Assembly (NCBI RefSeq): GCF_000743755.1
Contig: NW_014569542.1
Coordinates: forward strand, 1 to 64,000
DNA from: Blastocystis sp. subtype 4
Taxonomy: Eukaryota
Direction of reading: 5' to 3'
Length of the DNA: 64,000 nt
Below the pieces are notes generated by a model. The model was given only the letters and a program-made list of their open reading frames with translations. It was not told where the DNA came from and did no database searches. Positions 13,801 through 25,550 of this stretch are shown here, piece by piece. Each line of letters opens with the position of its first letter. Positions within the stretch are counted from its first letter, which is position 1. A program made the translations under genes and the position numbers.

Positions 13801-15629
13801 TGATACATACCTTGTTCTCATCCCTCAAAACATCTCCATGATTAGCCAACTCAGATATATGATACGGAATACTCTGGGTGAATTGGTTTATTCAGGAGAC
13901 ATTTCCATCTATCCTAATCATTCTTTACGTCACTATGTTAGTCGACTCAATCCAAACTCTCGTTATATGGTGCAGTGGAATGTGATTGACATTCTGAGTT
14001 ATTCATACTCAGATTCCTTCATCATATCCACTTTACCGATACGTTTAAGCAAGCTTGTGTTTTCCGTGGTTACCACAGCACGAAATCTAGTTACACTCCG
14101 ATTAGAACCAGATCGTGAAGGTATGTTGGTATGTCTCTCCGGTCAGCATATGCTCACAGAGAGAGATAACAAGTTCATACAAATGAATGGAAGTCATATG
14201 GGGATTATTCTACCAAGTGATCTGGTGTTGAAAACATTAGAAGTGGAAGACAAGGATACTGTTGTGAGTTGTCTTCAAATGGATAAGACAGAATCCTTTG
14301 TTATCTCTTCAATTGAGAGTGTTTCCTTTGTTAGGAATCGAAGTAGGCTTTTAAATGATGGATAAAGGATAGATTTACCAACTCCAGAACAGTATTCTGT
14401 TACTCCAGAAATAGGAACGATTCTTCAGTATGGAGAATTGATTCAAATTCATTATACATTCCCTGTGATGCTCAATAAATCTGTTCCTTGTCATCCGATA
14501 TATATTCTTCCTTATACTCCATTCATTTATGTTGATTACTCTTCTGTCATCAAACAGATCTCAGAGAATACTATTGGGTTTACTGCAATGGCTCTGTTAC
14601 CTGATACAGTCACATATGTGGCAGTTTCCAGTGCTTCTGCAATTCTGGGTACTGTAACTCAAAAGCCAGTGAGGTATCTCGATTCATTTGAAAGTTATTC
14701 ATTGATATATCGTTACAGAACTCGGCCAGGTGATGGATTTTTCTCCTTCTGATAGATAGATGTGTTTCCATTGTACAAAACCATCCAGAATCAACAACAT
14801 CGATCTGTTACGATCCGATTAGAAGATTCATTGACTCATCTTATTCCTTATTCGGATGTAACACTATCAAATACGGTTGTGTACCTCGTGGATTATGTGA
14901 CAAAGGAGGTTCAAAATGTCACATTGCCGAATCCTTGTATTACAGTTATTCCTGATCAAGGAAAGACTCTTCTAGATGTTCGTCTGCGGATGTGTTTCCC
15001 TTCGGTCAAACTCTTCACCACGTACATACTCTTCTCAGCAGCTCCTCTCTTCCAGTTGGGAGTTCGTACTTATATTGATGACTTCATGACCTATGTTCGA
15101 ATCCAAGGAAGTGAGAGAATGAAGGAGATATGACAACTAGGTGTGAAACCTCTTACATTGTTAGAAATCTCCCCTTCACCTCTTGTGATCCATCCGCGCC
15201 AACAAGTCTTACATTTCCTCTTTAGCGAACCGGTTATGGTTGGATCTGGTTCAATTGTATTCAGACAGTTTATTGACGGTAATGAGACGTACATTGTGGA
15301 TACGATTACAGTTGATGTATCTCAACTGAATCTAGTGGAGGATAAAAATGAACTCATCTTTGATGTCTCCAGTGCTGGATTTGTTCCGAATGCTCAATAT
15401 ATAGTACTAGAAGAGTGAATGAGTTGACATCTAGATGACAATATCACCGTTGATTGTAAAGAACGATGCTTGGAAGTCTGTGCAAACACTAAACGAATGG
15501 TATTTGCTTACAACCACGGATGACAATTGTCTCAAGTATCCAGATACTGCAGTGGATCGATCATTGCTCTGTAAATACGAAGACTCTGTAGAACAGGGAT
15601 TCTGTGTGTGTAACTACATTTTTGGGTAA
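10893..15629 (+). CDS. Large secreted/surface protein with ~5 Cys-Trp repeats (HRM-like) followed by beta-sandwich/FN3-like regions
   Basis: Signal peptide MTKVILVVTLLLLSL; repeats such as CPEETVDGIHW...CPAGYNGSIIRRCDRFGRW...C; chain of + strand exons joined by ~30-nt introns. Confidence 0.7.
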
Positions 15630-15651
15630 TCTTGAAGTTCAATTCTTTGTT

Positions 15652-16101
15652 ATGTCAAAGAAATCAAAGAAACGAACAGAAGAAAAGGTTCCATTAAAAG
15701 AAAAGCCAGCAGCTGTGACTGCATCAAGAAAAGAGACCAAAGACGAAAAAAAAGCTGGAACAAAATGTATCATTCCTTTACTTTACTGAAGTATAGTACG
15801 AGATAGTTTAGATGCGCTATTTAAGGAGGCAAAGGAAAAGAAGGTTCAAAATGATGAAAAGCGTGAGAAGGAAGCTGCAAAAGAAGCGCGAAAAGAAAAG
15901 AAGAGAAAACAAATGGAGTTTGAAGCAATCAATTCAATGAAGGCTGTAAATGGAGGTTGGATTGTCTCTGTGGAATGAACATTAGATCCTATCGGTTATG
16001 ACGAAGAGAGTGGATTGAAGGTATATCGAGTTGACCAACTGAATATTGGTAAGGGAGGTAATACTCCTCTGTGTCCTTTTGATTGTGATTGTTGCTATTA
16101 G
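15652..16101 (+). CDS. DUF1764 family protein
   Basis: Lys/Glu-rich N-terminus and characteristic C-terminus EESGLKVYRVDQLNIGKGGNTPLCPFDCDCCY*; two short introns. Confidence 0.85.
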
Positions 16102-16104
16102 TCT

Positions 16105-16112
16105 TGTTTGTT
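16105..16112 (+). terminator. TGTTTGTT downstream polyadenylation element (DUF1764 gene)
   Basis: Exact motif; predicted cleavage falls inside TAG (TA|G). Confidence 0.8.
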
Positions 16113-16189
16113 GATGTCGCAAACTGCGCATTGGGAGCCCATTTTCGGCATCTGTTTCTACTTTTATCCTTGCATATTCCGATTATCCA

Positions 16190-17746
16190 ATGTGGAGCCG
16201 GTTTATCTCGAGCGCTACAAGACGGTCAACGAGATTTGCGAGAAGAATGAACTCTTCTCTGGGTGTGGGAGCTGCTCAGACGCGTTCTCACTCCAGCAGA
16301 AGTGCCTGGACGAATGGAATGCTCCTTGGCGCTGGAGCTCTCGGTTTGACGTGTGCTTACTTGACAACAAAGGCCTTTGCGCTAAACAAGGATCCTGTAC
16401 TCATTTCATCCTTTTGAGCTTACAGAATAGAACAACCCGCATTGGAAGACAACCCGAGGTAATTATGTGTACAAGGGTGAGAGTGGCCAGTATCACAATA
16501 AGGAACTCCTGTATGTTGTAGGATGTGCTTTTCACAGATAGGATTTTCTCGGGAAGTGGTAATCGGGATCTTGCAGAGTCGATCTGTCAGTATCTGGGAG
16601 TTCCTCTTCAGAATGCGACTGTAGTATCTTTGCGTAGTTTCTGATTGATAGGTTGGTCGTTTCAATGACAATGAGATCAACATCCAAATCAACCGTAACG
16701 TTCGTGGAAAGAAGATCTTCATTGTCCAGTCTACCTGCCCTCCTGTATGTTAATAGGATACTGTTGAAAATAAGGTCAATGACAACCTGATGGAGCTTCT
16801 TCTGTTTGTGAGTGCTGCCCGAAGAGCTTCCGCCTCTAGTATCTGTGCTGTAATTCCTTACTATGGGTACGGTCGTATCACAGAGATTGGAACGATGCAC
16901 AACTGCTTGACTGGTGCTGATGTAGCTGAGATGCTTCAGGCAGCAGGTGTAAACAGTGTGATCTCCATTGATCTTTACAAGGAACAGCTTCAAGGCTTCT
17001 ACATGCCTCAAGTCACGGTGGATAGTATTCCTGTGATGCATCTGTTGGCAGCGTATATGATGGAGACAGAACAGTTGGATACACCTGTCGTAGTAGCTGC
17101 CAATGCTCACAATGTGTATCGAGCAAAGACATTCCGTGAGTCATTGGATATGCTGAAGTGTCCCAACACGTATCTGGGAATGGCCATTGAGGTGGATCGA
17201 AGTCACGTTCTGAGCGTGGATAAGAATAATACCAATGTGATTGATAGCACAGAGCGTGAGGCAGACTCATCAGCGTTGAAGACAGAATATTCAACTGTTG
17301 AGAATACTCATGAGATTGTGGGTGATATTGAAGGCAAAGATGCAATCATTGTGGATAATTACTCTTTAACAGGTGATACTATCTGTCGTGTAGCTAAGAT
17401 TTTGAAGGAGCATGGTGCTAAGAAGATTAGCGTTGTGTTATCTCATGCTTTGTTTACGGAGGAGGCTGTAAAGCAGATTGATAAAGCACCTATTTCACGT
17501 GTGATTTCAACGAATACGGTACCTGCTTGTGAGATGGAGATGGTATAAATGGATGAAAGAGTTGAGGAATAGGAGAATCCAAAGTTTGAGAGATTGAACA
17601 TTGCTCCTCTTCTGGCAGAGATTATTCGTGGCGTTTATCTAAACCAGAGTGTTTCTCCTTTGTATTCTTTGCAGAGTCCTGAAATGGTTGAGAAGAGAAA
17701 GGCAGAGATTGCAAAGATCATTGCTGAAAAGCCTACTCAAAGTTAA
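16190..17746 (+). CDS. Ribose-phosphate pyrophosphokinase (PRPS)-like protein with predicted organellar presequence and degenerate catalytic motifs
   Basis: [19 protein letters not shown]...[40 protein letters not shown]...VIPYYGYGR...[13 protein letters not shown]...STNTVP; Arg/Ser-rich N-terminus [19 protein letters not shown]. Confidence 0.87.
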
Positions 17747-17776
17747 GTTTATTTGTTTCGATTGTTTACAAACACG

Positions 17777-19074
17777 TCAATCTGTAAAGTAATCAATCTC
17801 ATTTGCTGCAATCCATGGATTTGGAGTTGCTGGCTGTTCCTGTAGATCGGAATCAGCGTCAAAATCAGCATCAAAATCGACTCCAGTAAATCCCTTCTTA
17901 CTCTCTTCCTTCTTCTCTACTCGTCGAATGAGTGGGTTCGATGCAAAACATCCCTATTCTTCATTTCCTATTCCAATACTACAGCTTCGTGCCATTCAAT
18001 CATTTGAGCGGTGTTAAACACGCCATACACTTCTGATTCGCCTATAGATCCATCTTCCTTAACTTGCCATTTGTATTCCCATTGTTTTTGACTTATACTA
18101 TAATTCATCTACACATGATTCTTCGTCGGTACATCTACTATAACTAATCGAGCTAGATATTCCTTTTTCATCTCATAAATACTTGGAAACTCATCTAATA
18201 GAGACGAACAACATTCAGTAATAGATTCAATCATCTGCCGATAGAACCTCACTTCGTCAGGTGTTGCAACATGTTCATCATCTAATGGTCATTGCACAGT
18301 TCGGATCCAACCTTTTTCAAAAGCCATCAAATGACGTTTTGATTTGCTTTTCTTTGGATTTAAAATCTTTCCAAATCGTTGAATTGCATCTCTAGGGACC
18401 TCTTCGGCTTGTAAATAACTACAAAGGCGAACAAACTGCATATTCTGAGAAAAAGACTTGGTTAGGACATCCTCTTCCTTAGGTATAGGTACTTTGGCTA
18501 GCCCTTCCTTGTACATGTCACGAGTATAGACATCCATCTCGATTTCTTCTTCATCTTTGTTTTTCTTAGCGTGGAAATCACCATTTGCATCAAAACGTCC
18601 CTCTTCATTCTCTTCTTTGAGATTGAACGGAGTGATTCCAGAAACATCCTTCATCAAATCATTTTTCTATAGATCATTAACAGTTCCATGAATAACTGTC
18701 AAGAAGATACTTCGATCATGTTCTTTATCATAATCTGCTTCTGCTCCCAGATGCTTTAGTGTCCGTTCACTGCGTTTCATCTACTCACTGATAATGAGTC
18801 ATGAATCCAACTTCTTCGTAGTCCTCCTCATCTCCAGAAAAATCCTCTTCCATTTGCCTTATCTCTTTCTTTCGTTGTTTTTCACTTTTTGAGGGATCAT
18901 TTAGAGAGTCTTCATCAACATACTCTACTTGATCTTCAAGAATTGAAGAATCGAGAATATCTTCTTTCGGAGAATTCGGTTTAATCAATTTAGAACGTTT
19001 ATTATCCAGTTTTGCAGAATAATCAGCTTCCTACAGTTCATTTGTATATTATTATCTACTCGTTTAGAATTCAT
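17777..19074 (-). CDS. CD2BP2: CD2BP2/LIN1/Snu40 (U5 snRNP 52K, GYF-domain) homolog
   Basis: GITPFNLKEENEEGRFDANGDF motif; C-terminal WEYKWQV...VYGVFNTAQMIEW...CFA GYF-like segment; TGA 17779-17777. Confidence 0.8.
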
Positions 19075-19378
19075 TTTCCAATCTCATTAAATATTCTCCT
19101 TGTATTTGTTTAAAGTATCAACAAAATCATGTCTGAATTGGGAATGACAAATATTGTTCACATTCTATTTCATATGGTTTATATAGAATTGAAAGAGTAT
19201 TTGTAGATATTCATAGGATGCAATTGAGACTTTATATCGACTTTTATCGATTCAGCAAAAAGGAAGATATGAAAGAAGATAGAGATAATGAAAGAAATCA
19301 ATTAGATAAAAGAATCGTGGAGTTTCCATACAGAGATTCAGTTAATAGTAGTCTGGGACATATTTCAGGACATAGAGT

Positions 19379-22300
19379 ATGTTCCACAAGAAGAGTGATT
19401 CTCTTCTTGCTATTGATTTTGGTCTCTGCAAGTCCGTTGCTTATTTATATGAGAGTAGATGTACACAAGTTTCTTTTGGTTCTGATTTTGATTTCCTTCC
19501 CTCATTTGTTGCATATAGAGGATATGAAGTATATACAGGCAGAAGAGCGAGGTCTTTCAAATACTGTGTTAGTTGTGTTAAGAGACTTCTTGGACTCACA
19601 TGGGATGAATATGAGACTCTTGAGAAAAAGGATATCTTTGGATGTAAAGTGGTTCGTGGAACTGATGGTTATCCTCGATTCATTGTCTCAGATGATGGTC
19701 GTCAAGTTAGTGCTGTTGAAGTGGCTTCTGAATTGTTTCGTAAGATCAAAGATTGTTCTGAAAGGGAAATCAAAGCTCCGATTGATGAGTGTTACTTGAC
19801 AGTTCCTGCATACTTCAATGATAATCAACGAGAGGCGATCAAGACTGCTGCTCGAACTTCTGGATTGAATGTTAAAGCACTAATACTGGAGCCAATTGCA
19901 ACAGTCATGTCATGGTATTTAGGTCATGAAAAAACACTATTTCGGGATGATGAGATGTTAGTATTCGATATAGGACACAGTTGGTGTGATATCTCATTAT
20001 TGAAGTATGATGATAAAGGTAATTTCTCTGTACTGGATACAGATAGAGATCCCAATATGGGAGAGTATGATGTTGATATTGAGATAATGAATAAAGTGTG
20101 TAAAACGTATAGAAGGTTCTATGGATGTGAGCTGATTCCTCAATCTTTGCCTTCGGCGGTGAAGAAGCCGTACAGAAGACGACTTCTTGGTATTTGTAAA
20201 GATATCAGAGACACATTAAAATATACAAACGAGACTGAAGTGAGTATACCAAGTCTTGTTAATGTAGCTAATGATACCGAGGACGAAGACTTCAAGTTCT
20301 GTAGAGATGATATAGACAGTATCGTGGATTGTCTATTCATGAAACGGATTGATGGTTTTATTGATCGTATTACAAGAAAGCCAGACCAGACTCGGGAAAT
20401 GATTAAGAAAGTATTCATGATTGGAGAATCATCCCTTCAATGGCTTGTAAGAGAGGGATTGAAAAAACGTTTCCCTCATGCTGAATTCCCTGATATCAAT
20501 CCTGAAACGAGTGTGGCTGAGGGTACTCTGAGAATAGCTCTGGATCAAATACAATCAAGAGAAATCTCTCATGGATCAATCAGCTGTTCATATGGTCTAT
20601 TAGTTGGAAATGAAGTAGTGATCCTTCTACAGAAAGGAACTCATGTACCATGTGAGAGTGGCCCATTCACACTTCATAACAATACTGATTATCCTAAAGA
20701 GATTTCTGTTGCCATCTATCAATGGAATGGAACTCAAAGAGATGGAATGGATCATATTACCATACCAGTGGCTGAATGTACAAAAGTGAGAGAGTATTCA
20801 TTCTCAAATAGTAATCCTTTACCTAAAGAACAACAAGTATTTGAGATTGTAATCCAATTTGATAATGAGCTTAAAGTAATTTGTAAGAATAAAAGTACAA
20901 ATAAACTACTGAATTGTAAGGAGAATCAATCTGATATCAATTTGGCTGCTATGAGTAATATCAGTGTTAGAAATTGTGGTTCACTTGAATTCCTTGGTGA
21001 TTATGTGATAAAGAGTGTTGAAATGAATGTTGATGAATTGAATGGAGGAGCGATAATGAGATTATTGATAGATGCTGAAGAATATGAGATGAGAGTATCA
21101 ATGAAAGAAGGAAAGAAAGAAGGAATTGGTTTGTTATTGAGAGAGGATGGAACACTGTTTATGAGAATGATGTTTGTAAATGATGAATGTGAAGGAGAAG
21201 TGATAAAGAAGAATGAATATGGACGAACAGTATTGAAAGGAAGAGTATCGAAAGGAAAGGAAATGGGAATGTGGATAGAATATGATGATGGTGGAAAGGA
21301 TATATGGAGAGGATTGTATCGAAATGGAAAGCCATATGCAACACTGAAGGAACAAGAAGGAATGAAAGGATTCTATTCAGAGATGCGTCTGAATGGAGAA
21401 TTGTTGAGTGTGAGTGAATATGATGATAAGTGGATGAAGAATGGAAGATGTTTTGAAATGGAATCAGGATACCTGAAGAGAGAATGTGTGTATGAGAATG
21501 GAATGAAGAAGAGAGTGATTCGAGAATTTACTAATAATGGATTGATGATATTGTTTGATGATAATGGAGAGAAGGTGTATGAAGGAGTATGGTTTGGAGA
21601 TATGGTGAATGGATTTGTGATTTATCCTCGAATGGAAGGAATGAAAGGATTCTTCAAAGAAATGAATGAGAAGAGAGAATTGTTGAGTGTAAGTGAATAT
21701 GATGAATCTGGATTATTGAAGAATGGTAAGTGTTTTGAGTATGAAGGAGGAAGATTGGTTAGAGAATGTGAATACAAGAATGGAGTAATGATGAGAGTAT
21801 TGAGAGAATGGAAAGGAGAATGTATGATTGAATATGATGTGAATGGAATGAGAGTATATGAAGGAGGATTTGAAGGAGATATGATGAAAGGATTTGTTCG
21901 AGAAGGGAAAGGTAAAGAATATGGAATTGATGGAAAGAGTGCATTGTATGTAGGTGGATGGAAGAATGGAAAGAGAAATGGATATGGAAGTGAATTCAAA
22001 GGACACTCTGCTGCGTATATTGGAGAATGAAGAAGTGGTAAGAAGAGGAAGATGGATAGAAGGTGTGCACGAAGATAAAATGAAACGATTTGAAGATGAT
22101 TATGGAAATGATTTGAGTGTATTTGACACTGACTGTCTGAAAGGAATTGAGAGAATTGAGATTGGAGATGATTGTTGTAAGAAAGTGACTCAATTTGTAA
22201 TTGATGGATTGAATGAATTGAAGAGTATAAAGATTGGAGAGAAGAGTTTCATACTCGATAAAGACACTAGAGAAGGAACCAAATGTGTGATAATGAATTG

Positions 22301-23479
22301 TGATCAGTTGAGACAAATACGCATTGGATACAGATCATTCTGTTGTTATGAATCATTTGAACTGAAGAATCTTCCTTCTCTTATATCCATTCAACTGGAT
22401 CGATATGTATTCAAGTATTGTCATTCCGTAGTATTTGAGAGTATGAATGATTGAATGAATAATGATGAGATCTAACTCGACTTCAATCCATTACTCTTGG
22501 ATCATACGCTCTTAAAGGTGATTCTGATACCAAAGAATTGAATGAATTGATTCTGAAGAGTATGAATGATTTGATATGAACTGATTGATAAGATCTCCCT
22601 TATCTATCTACATTCAAAGGAAAAGGCTTCTATGAGATAGGCAAAATGAAATTGGAGAGTGATGATTGATGATTGTATTTGAATTAGATATTCCATCACT
22701 CACCGAACATGGAATTCAAATGGGAGAGAATGTATTCAGTAGTATGAATGAGTTATTGAAAAGAATTGAGAGAGTTGAGATTGGAAATGAGTGTTTAAAG
22801 GAAGTGAATCGATTTGTGATTGATGGATTGAATGAATTAAAGAGTTTGATAATTGGAAAGAAGAGTTTCTTTCTCTATGAGAAGTTTAGATGTGAAAGCA
22901 AATGTGTGATAAGGAATTGTGATCAGTTGAGCGTACTCAACATTGGAGGTGGTTCATTTTATAACTATGAATCATTTGAATTGAAGAATCTTTCTTCTCT
23001 TATATCCATTCAAGTAGGTGATAGAATATGGGGTGCTGCATTCTATTGTTGTCATTCAATAGTATTTGAGAGTAAAAATGGTGAATGAATGATAAATGAG
23101 ATCTGACTCGACTTCAATCCATCAAACTTGGATATGTAACTTTTTGTGGTGATAATAATACTGTTGAATCAAATGTATTGATAATGAAGAGTATGATGAT
23201 AATGATGATTGATTGATCAGATCTCCCTTCTCTATCTTTAGTCGATGGAGATGATCTCAATTTCTGTAGGATAGGCAAAGTGATATTGGAGAGTGATGAT
23301 TGATGATTGTATTTGAATTAGATATTCCATCACTCACTTCAAATGGAATTCAGATGAATGGGCGTACATTCAGTAAAGTGAAAGAATTGACTAGTTCGAG
23401 TATGATTGATTGAATTGATAATGATTGAGATGCCGATTCACTTGATAGACTCATTCGACAGAAGAGTGATTATCTTTAG
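19379..23479 (+). CDS. Chimeric protein: degenerate Hsp70 ATPase/SBD-like region + MORN-like repeats + LRR-like repeats; frameshift near 22020-22045 (cryptic intron or pseudogene)
   Basis: Hsp70-like AIDFG, LPSFVAY, LTVPAYFNDNQREAIKTAARTSGLNV, INPETSVAEG; repeats VYEGxWxxG/YVGGWKNGKRNGYG; IERIEIGDDC..FVIDGLNELKSIKIG repeats with ~30-nt introns; TAG 23477-23479. Confidence 0.75.
22135..23340 (+). repeat. Tandem duplication (~620-bp unit) of a multi-exon LRR-like module, introns included
   Basis: Unit 1 from ~22135 (gaattgagagaattgagattgga...gatggattgaatgaattgaagagt) and unit 2 from ~22758; both carry the intron gtgatgattgatgattgtatttgaattag. Confidence 0.8.
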
Positions 23480-24379
23480 AAGAATAGTTGTGAACAAAGT
23501 GATTATATAATATGCCAATGAATTGATTGTGTTAATAATGAAAATGATCTAACTCATTTTGTCATTCATTGTTCACAATGGAAGAGAGAATTGAATAATG
23601 AAAACAATGAGAAATGTGACAAATAGGATAAAGTGGATGAGAATAATGTACGTATTAGATTGATGAGGTAGTAAATCATGATATCATATTGAATATGATT
23701 TCATGAAGATAGATTAAAGTGATTGATTGAATTGTAGATGTAGTATTGAGTGTGTTGTGATTGATAATTCAATGGAAAGTGTGCTTGTTGAAGGTTCCTT
23801 TGTATAAGAGTGGATAGAGATTATGGTGATTGATCGTACTCCTATTCCATATTCTTCAACTCATACTATCCACAACACATCTCATTCTATATCCAATCAT
23901 TATGATTTGAATATGAGTTGTGTGTCATCTATCTCTCTTCAACACATCTTGTTTTCATCATCATTCAATCCCATACACTCTATTAACATCTCCTATCCAA
24001 ATCAACACACTCAACTATCTACTCTCTCTCTGAGGAATGATATCGTGATGAATGATAATATGAGAGACTGTTTGGAGAGTGTATGAATGATTGTATGAAG
24101 AAGGAGTTGAGATCCAATGGTGTTTTGCTGAGACTTATGAAGCGTATGAACATTGTGAGACGATATGAATTGGATAAAATGAGTTTCTGTTTATTGGTTC
24201 CTTCATTATTGGACCTAAGACGACTATAACTCACTGAAACACCTTTATCATACCAGTTGCAGAATTCATGTTTCTCACATAGGCGAAGTTCTTGCATATC
24301 ATTCTTTTTCACAATTCCAATTGCTTTGACATTAGATAAACAGTAGATGAACAAGAACAACTGGTAGAAAGAATACTTG

Positions 24380-25501
24380 ATGGACCGAACAGGTGAATTT
24401 CTGTCAGCAGTACGAAGTTCAAAGCACTTACGGGATGAAAAAGTAACGACAAATGATATAATTCGACCTCATCTTGTGATTGATCCTTTTCTTCAGAATT
24501 GTATGCAAATTGTAGTCTATACGCTTGATTAATGATAGTTAGTATAAACAAATAGTGATTTCCAAGAGATACATCAGTCGTTTCTCGAAAGAATGGAAAA
24601 CTAAGTATCCATTATAGTTTTCAAGTAACAGAGTAGAAGTGTATCGATAGATGATGAGGCTGAAGAGTCATTTGGAAGATTTGAAACGGTACTACCAGAG
24701 TCAGAGGATTATTCGTAGGAAGTGAAAGCACTCCTTGCAGATCTTATGTCTCAGGTGAAATCGATATCTTTGTCAGAAAGTACTCTTCCATCACTCCTGA
24801 AACAGGAGGTAATCATCGATTTAGAAGAAGTAGATAATGTTATTCAATGTCACTTAACAGAATCTGAAAGCAGCTCAGGATCTGTATGACTCGGTAGTAT
24901 TCTCTCATTCTTCATACAAACATATGCTAGCGATGTAAAGACTCTGTCTTAAATGAACTGTAGATTACAACCATCAAATATCTCCGTTAGACAGAATCAT
25001 AAGACTCACTTATAGAATCCCCAAGTAAAACGAACCTATTCTATTGCTTCCAGCTCATCACTTGATTCTCTTCTTGAATCCATTCCTGACGAGGAAAAAG
25101 AACAGATGTTGAGTGAAAGTGTGTTGATTGAGGTACATGAATGGTAGTTTGTTTAACTATAGCGAGAATTAGAAAGTGAGTTGGTGAAAGTGAAGTGAGA
25201 ATACTAAGTTTGCATAATCAACAGACAAGTGGAAAGAAATGCTCGTGAGTTGAGTGACCTGGTTTCAACATTCAATGAGCAAGTGGTCGAACAACATGAT
25301 AAAGTCGAAACAATTGAGGACAACACCTTACGAGCGAAAGAGGATGTTGATGAGGTTGGAATATGGGAGCAGAATAATTCAAAGGGATATAAATCGCTTT
25401 TGAAAGCTGAAGAGAACAGCAGGGGATCCACGATGACTATTGCTTTGTTTATTCTAGCGATGGCTATTGTATTGATCCTATTGAACTATTTGAAATGGTG
25501 A
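24380..25501 (+). CDS. Qa-SNARE syntaxin (syntaxin-18/SYP81/Ufe1-like)
   Basis: N-peptide MDRTGEFLSAVR at 24380; SNARE motif ELSDLVSTFNEQVVEQHDKVETIEDNT; C-terminal TM TIALFILAMAIVLILLNYLKW*. Confidence 0.8.
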
Positions 25502-25550
25502 TATACTGTTTGATCGGATCTGCAACAATCATTCAATTCTACAAACATGA

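Noticed and set aside
19142..23567. Possible terminal inverted repeats around the Hsp70 chimera (gaatgacaaa / tttgtcattc; ttgttcaca / tgtgaacaa)
   Set aside because: Only 9-10 nt matches in AT-rich DNA, unequal spacing, no TSD and no transposase
24019..24360. 113-aa minus-strand ORF upstream of syntaxin
   Set aside because: No recognisable motifs or supporting 3' element; cannot be supported as a gene
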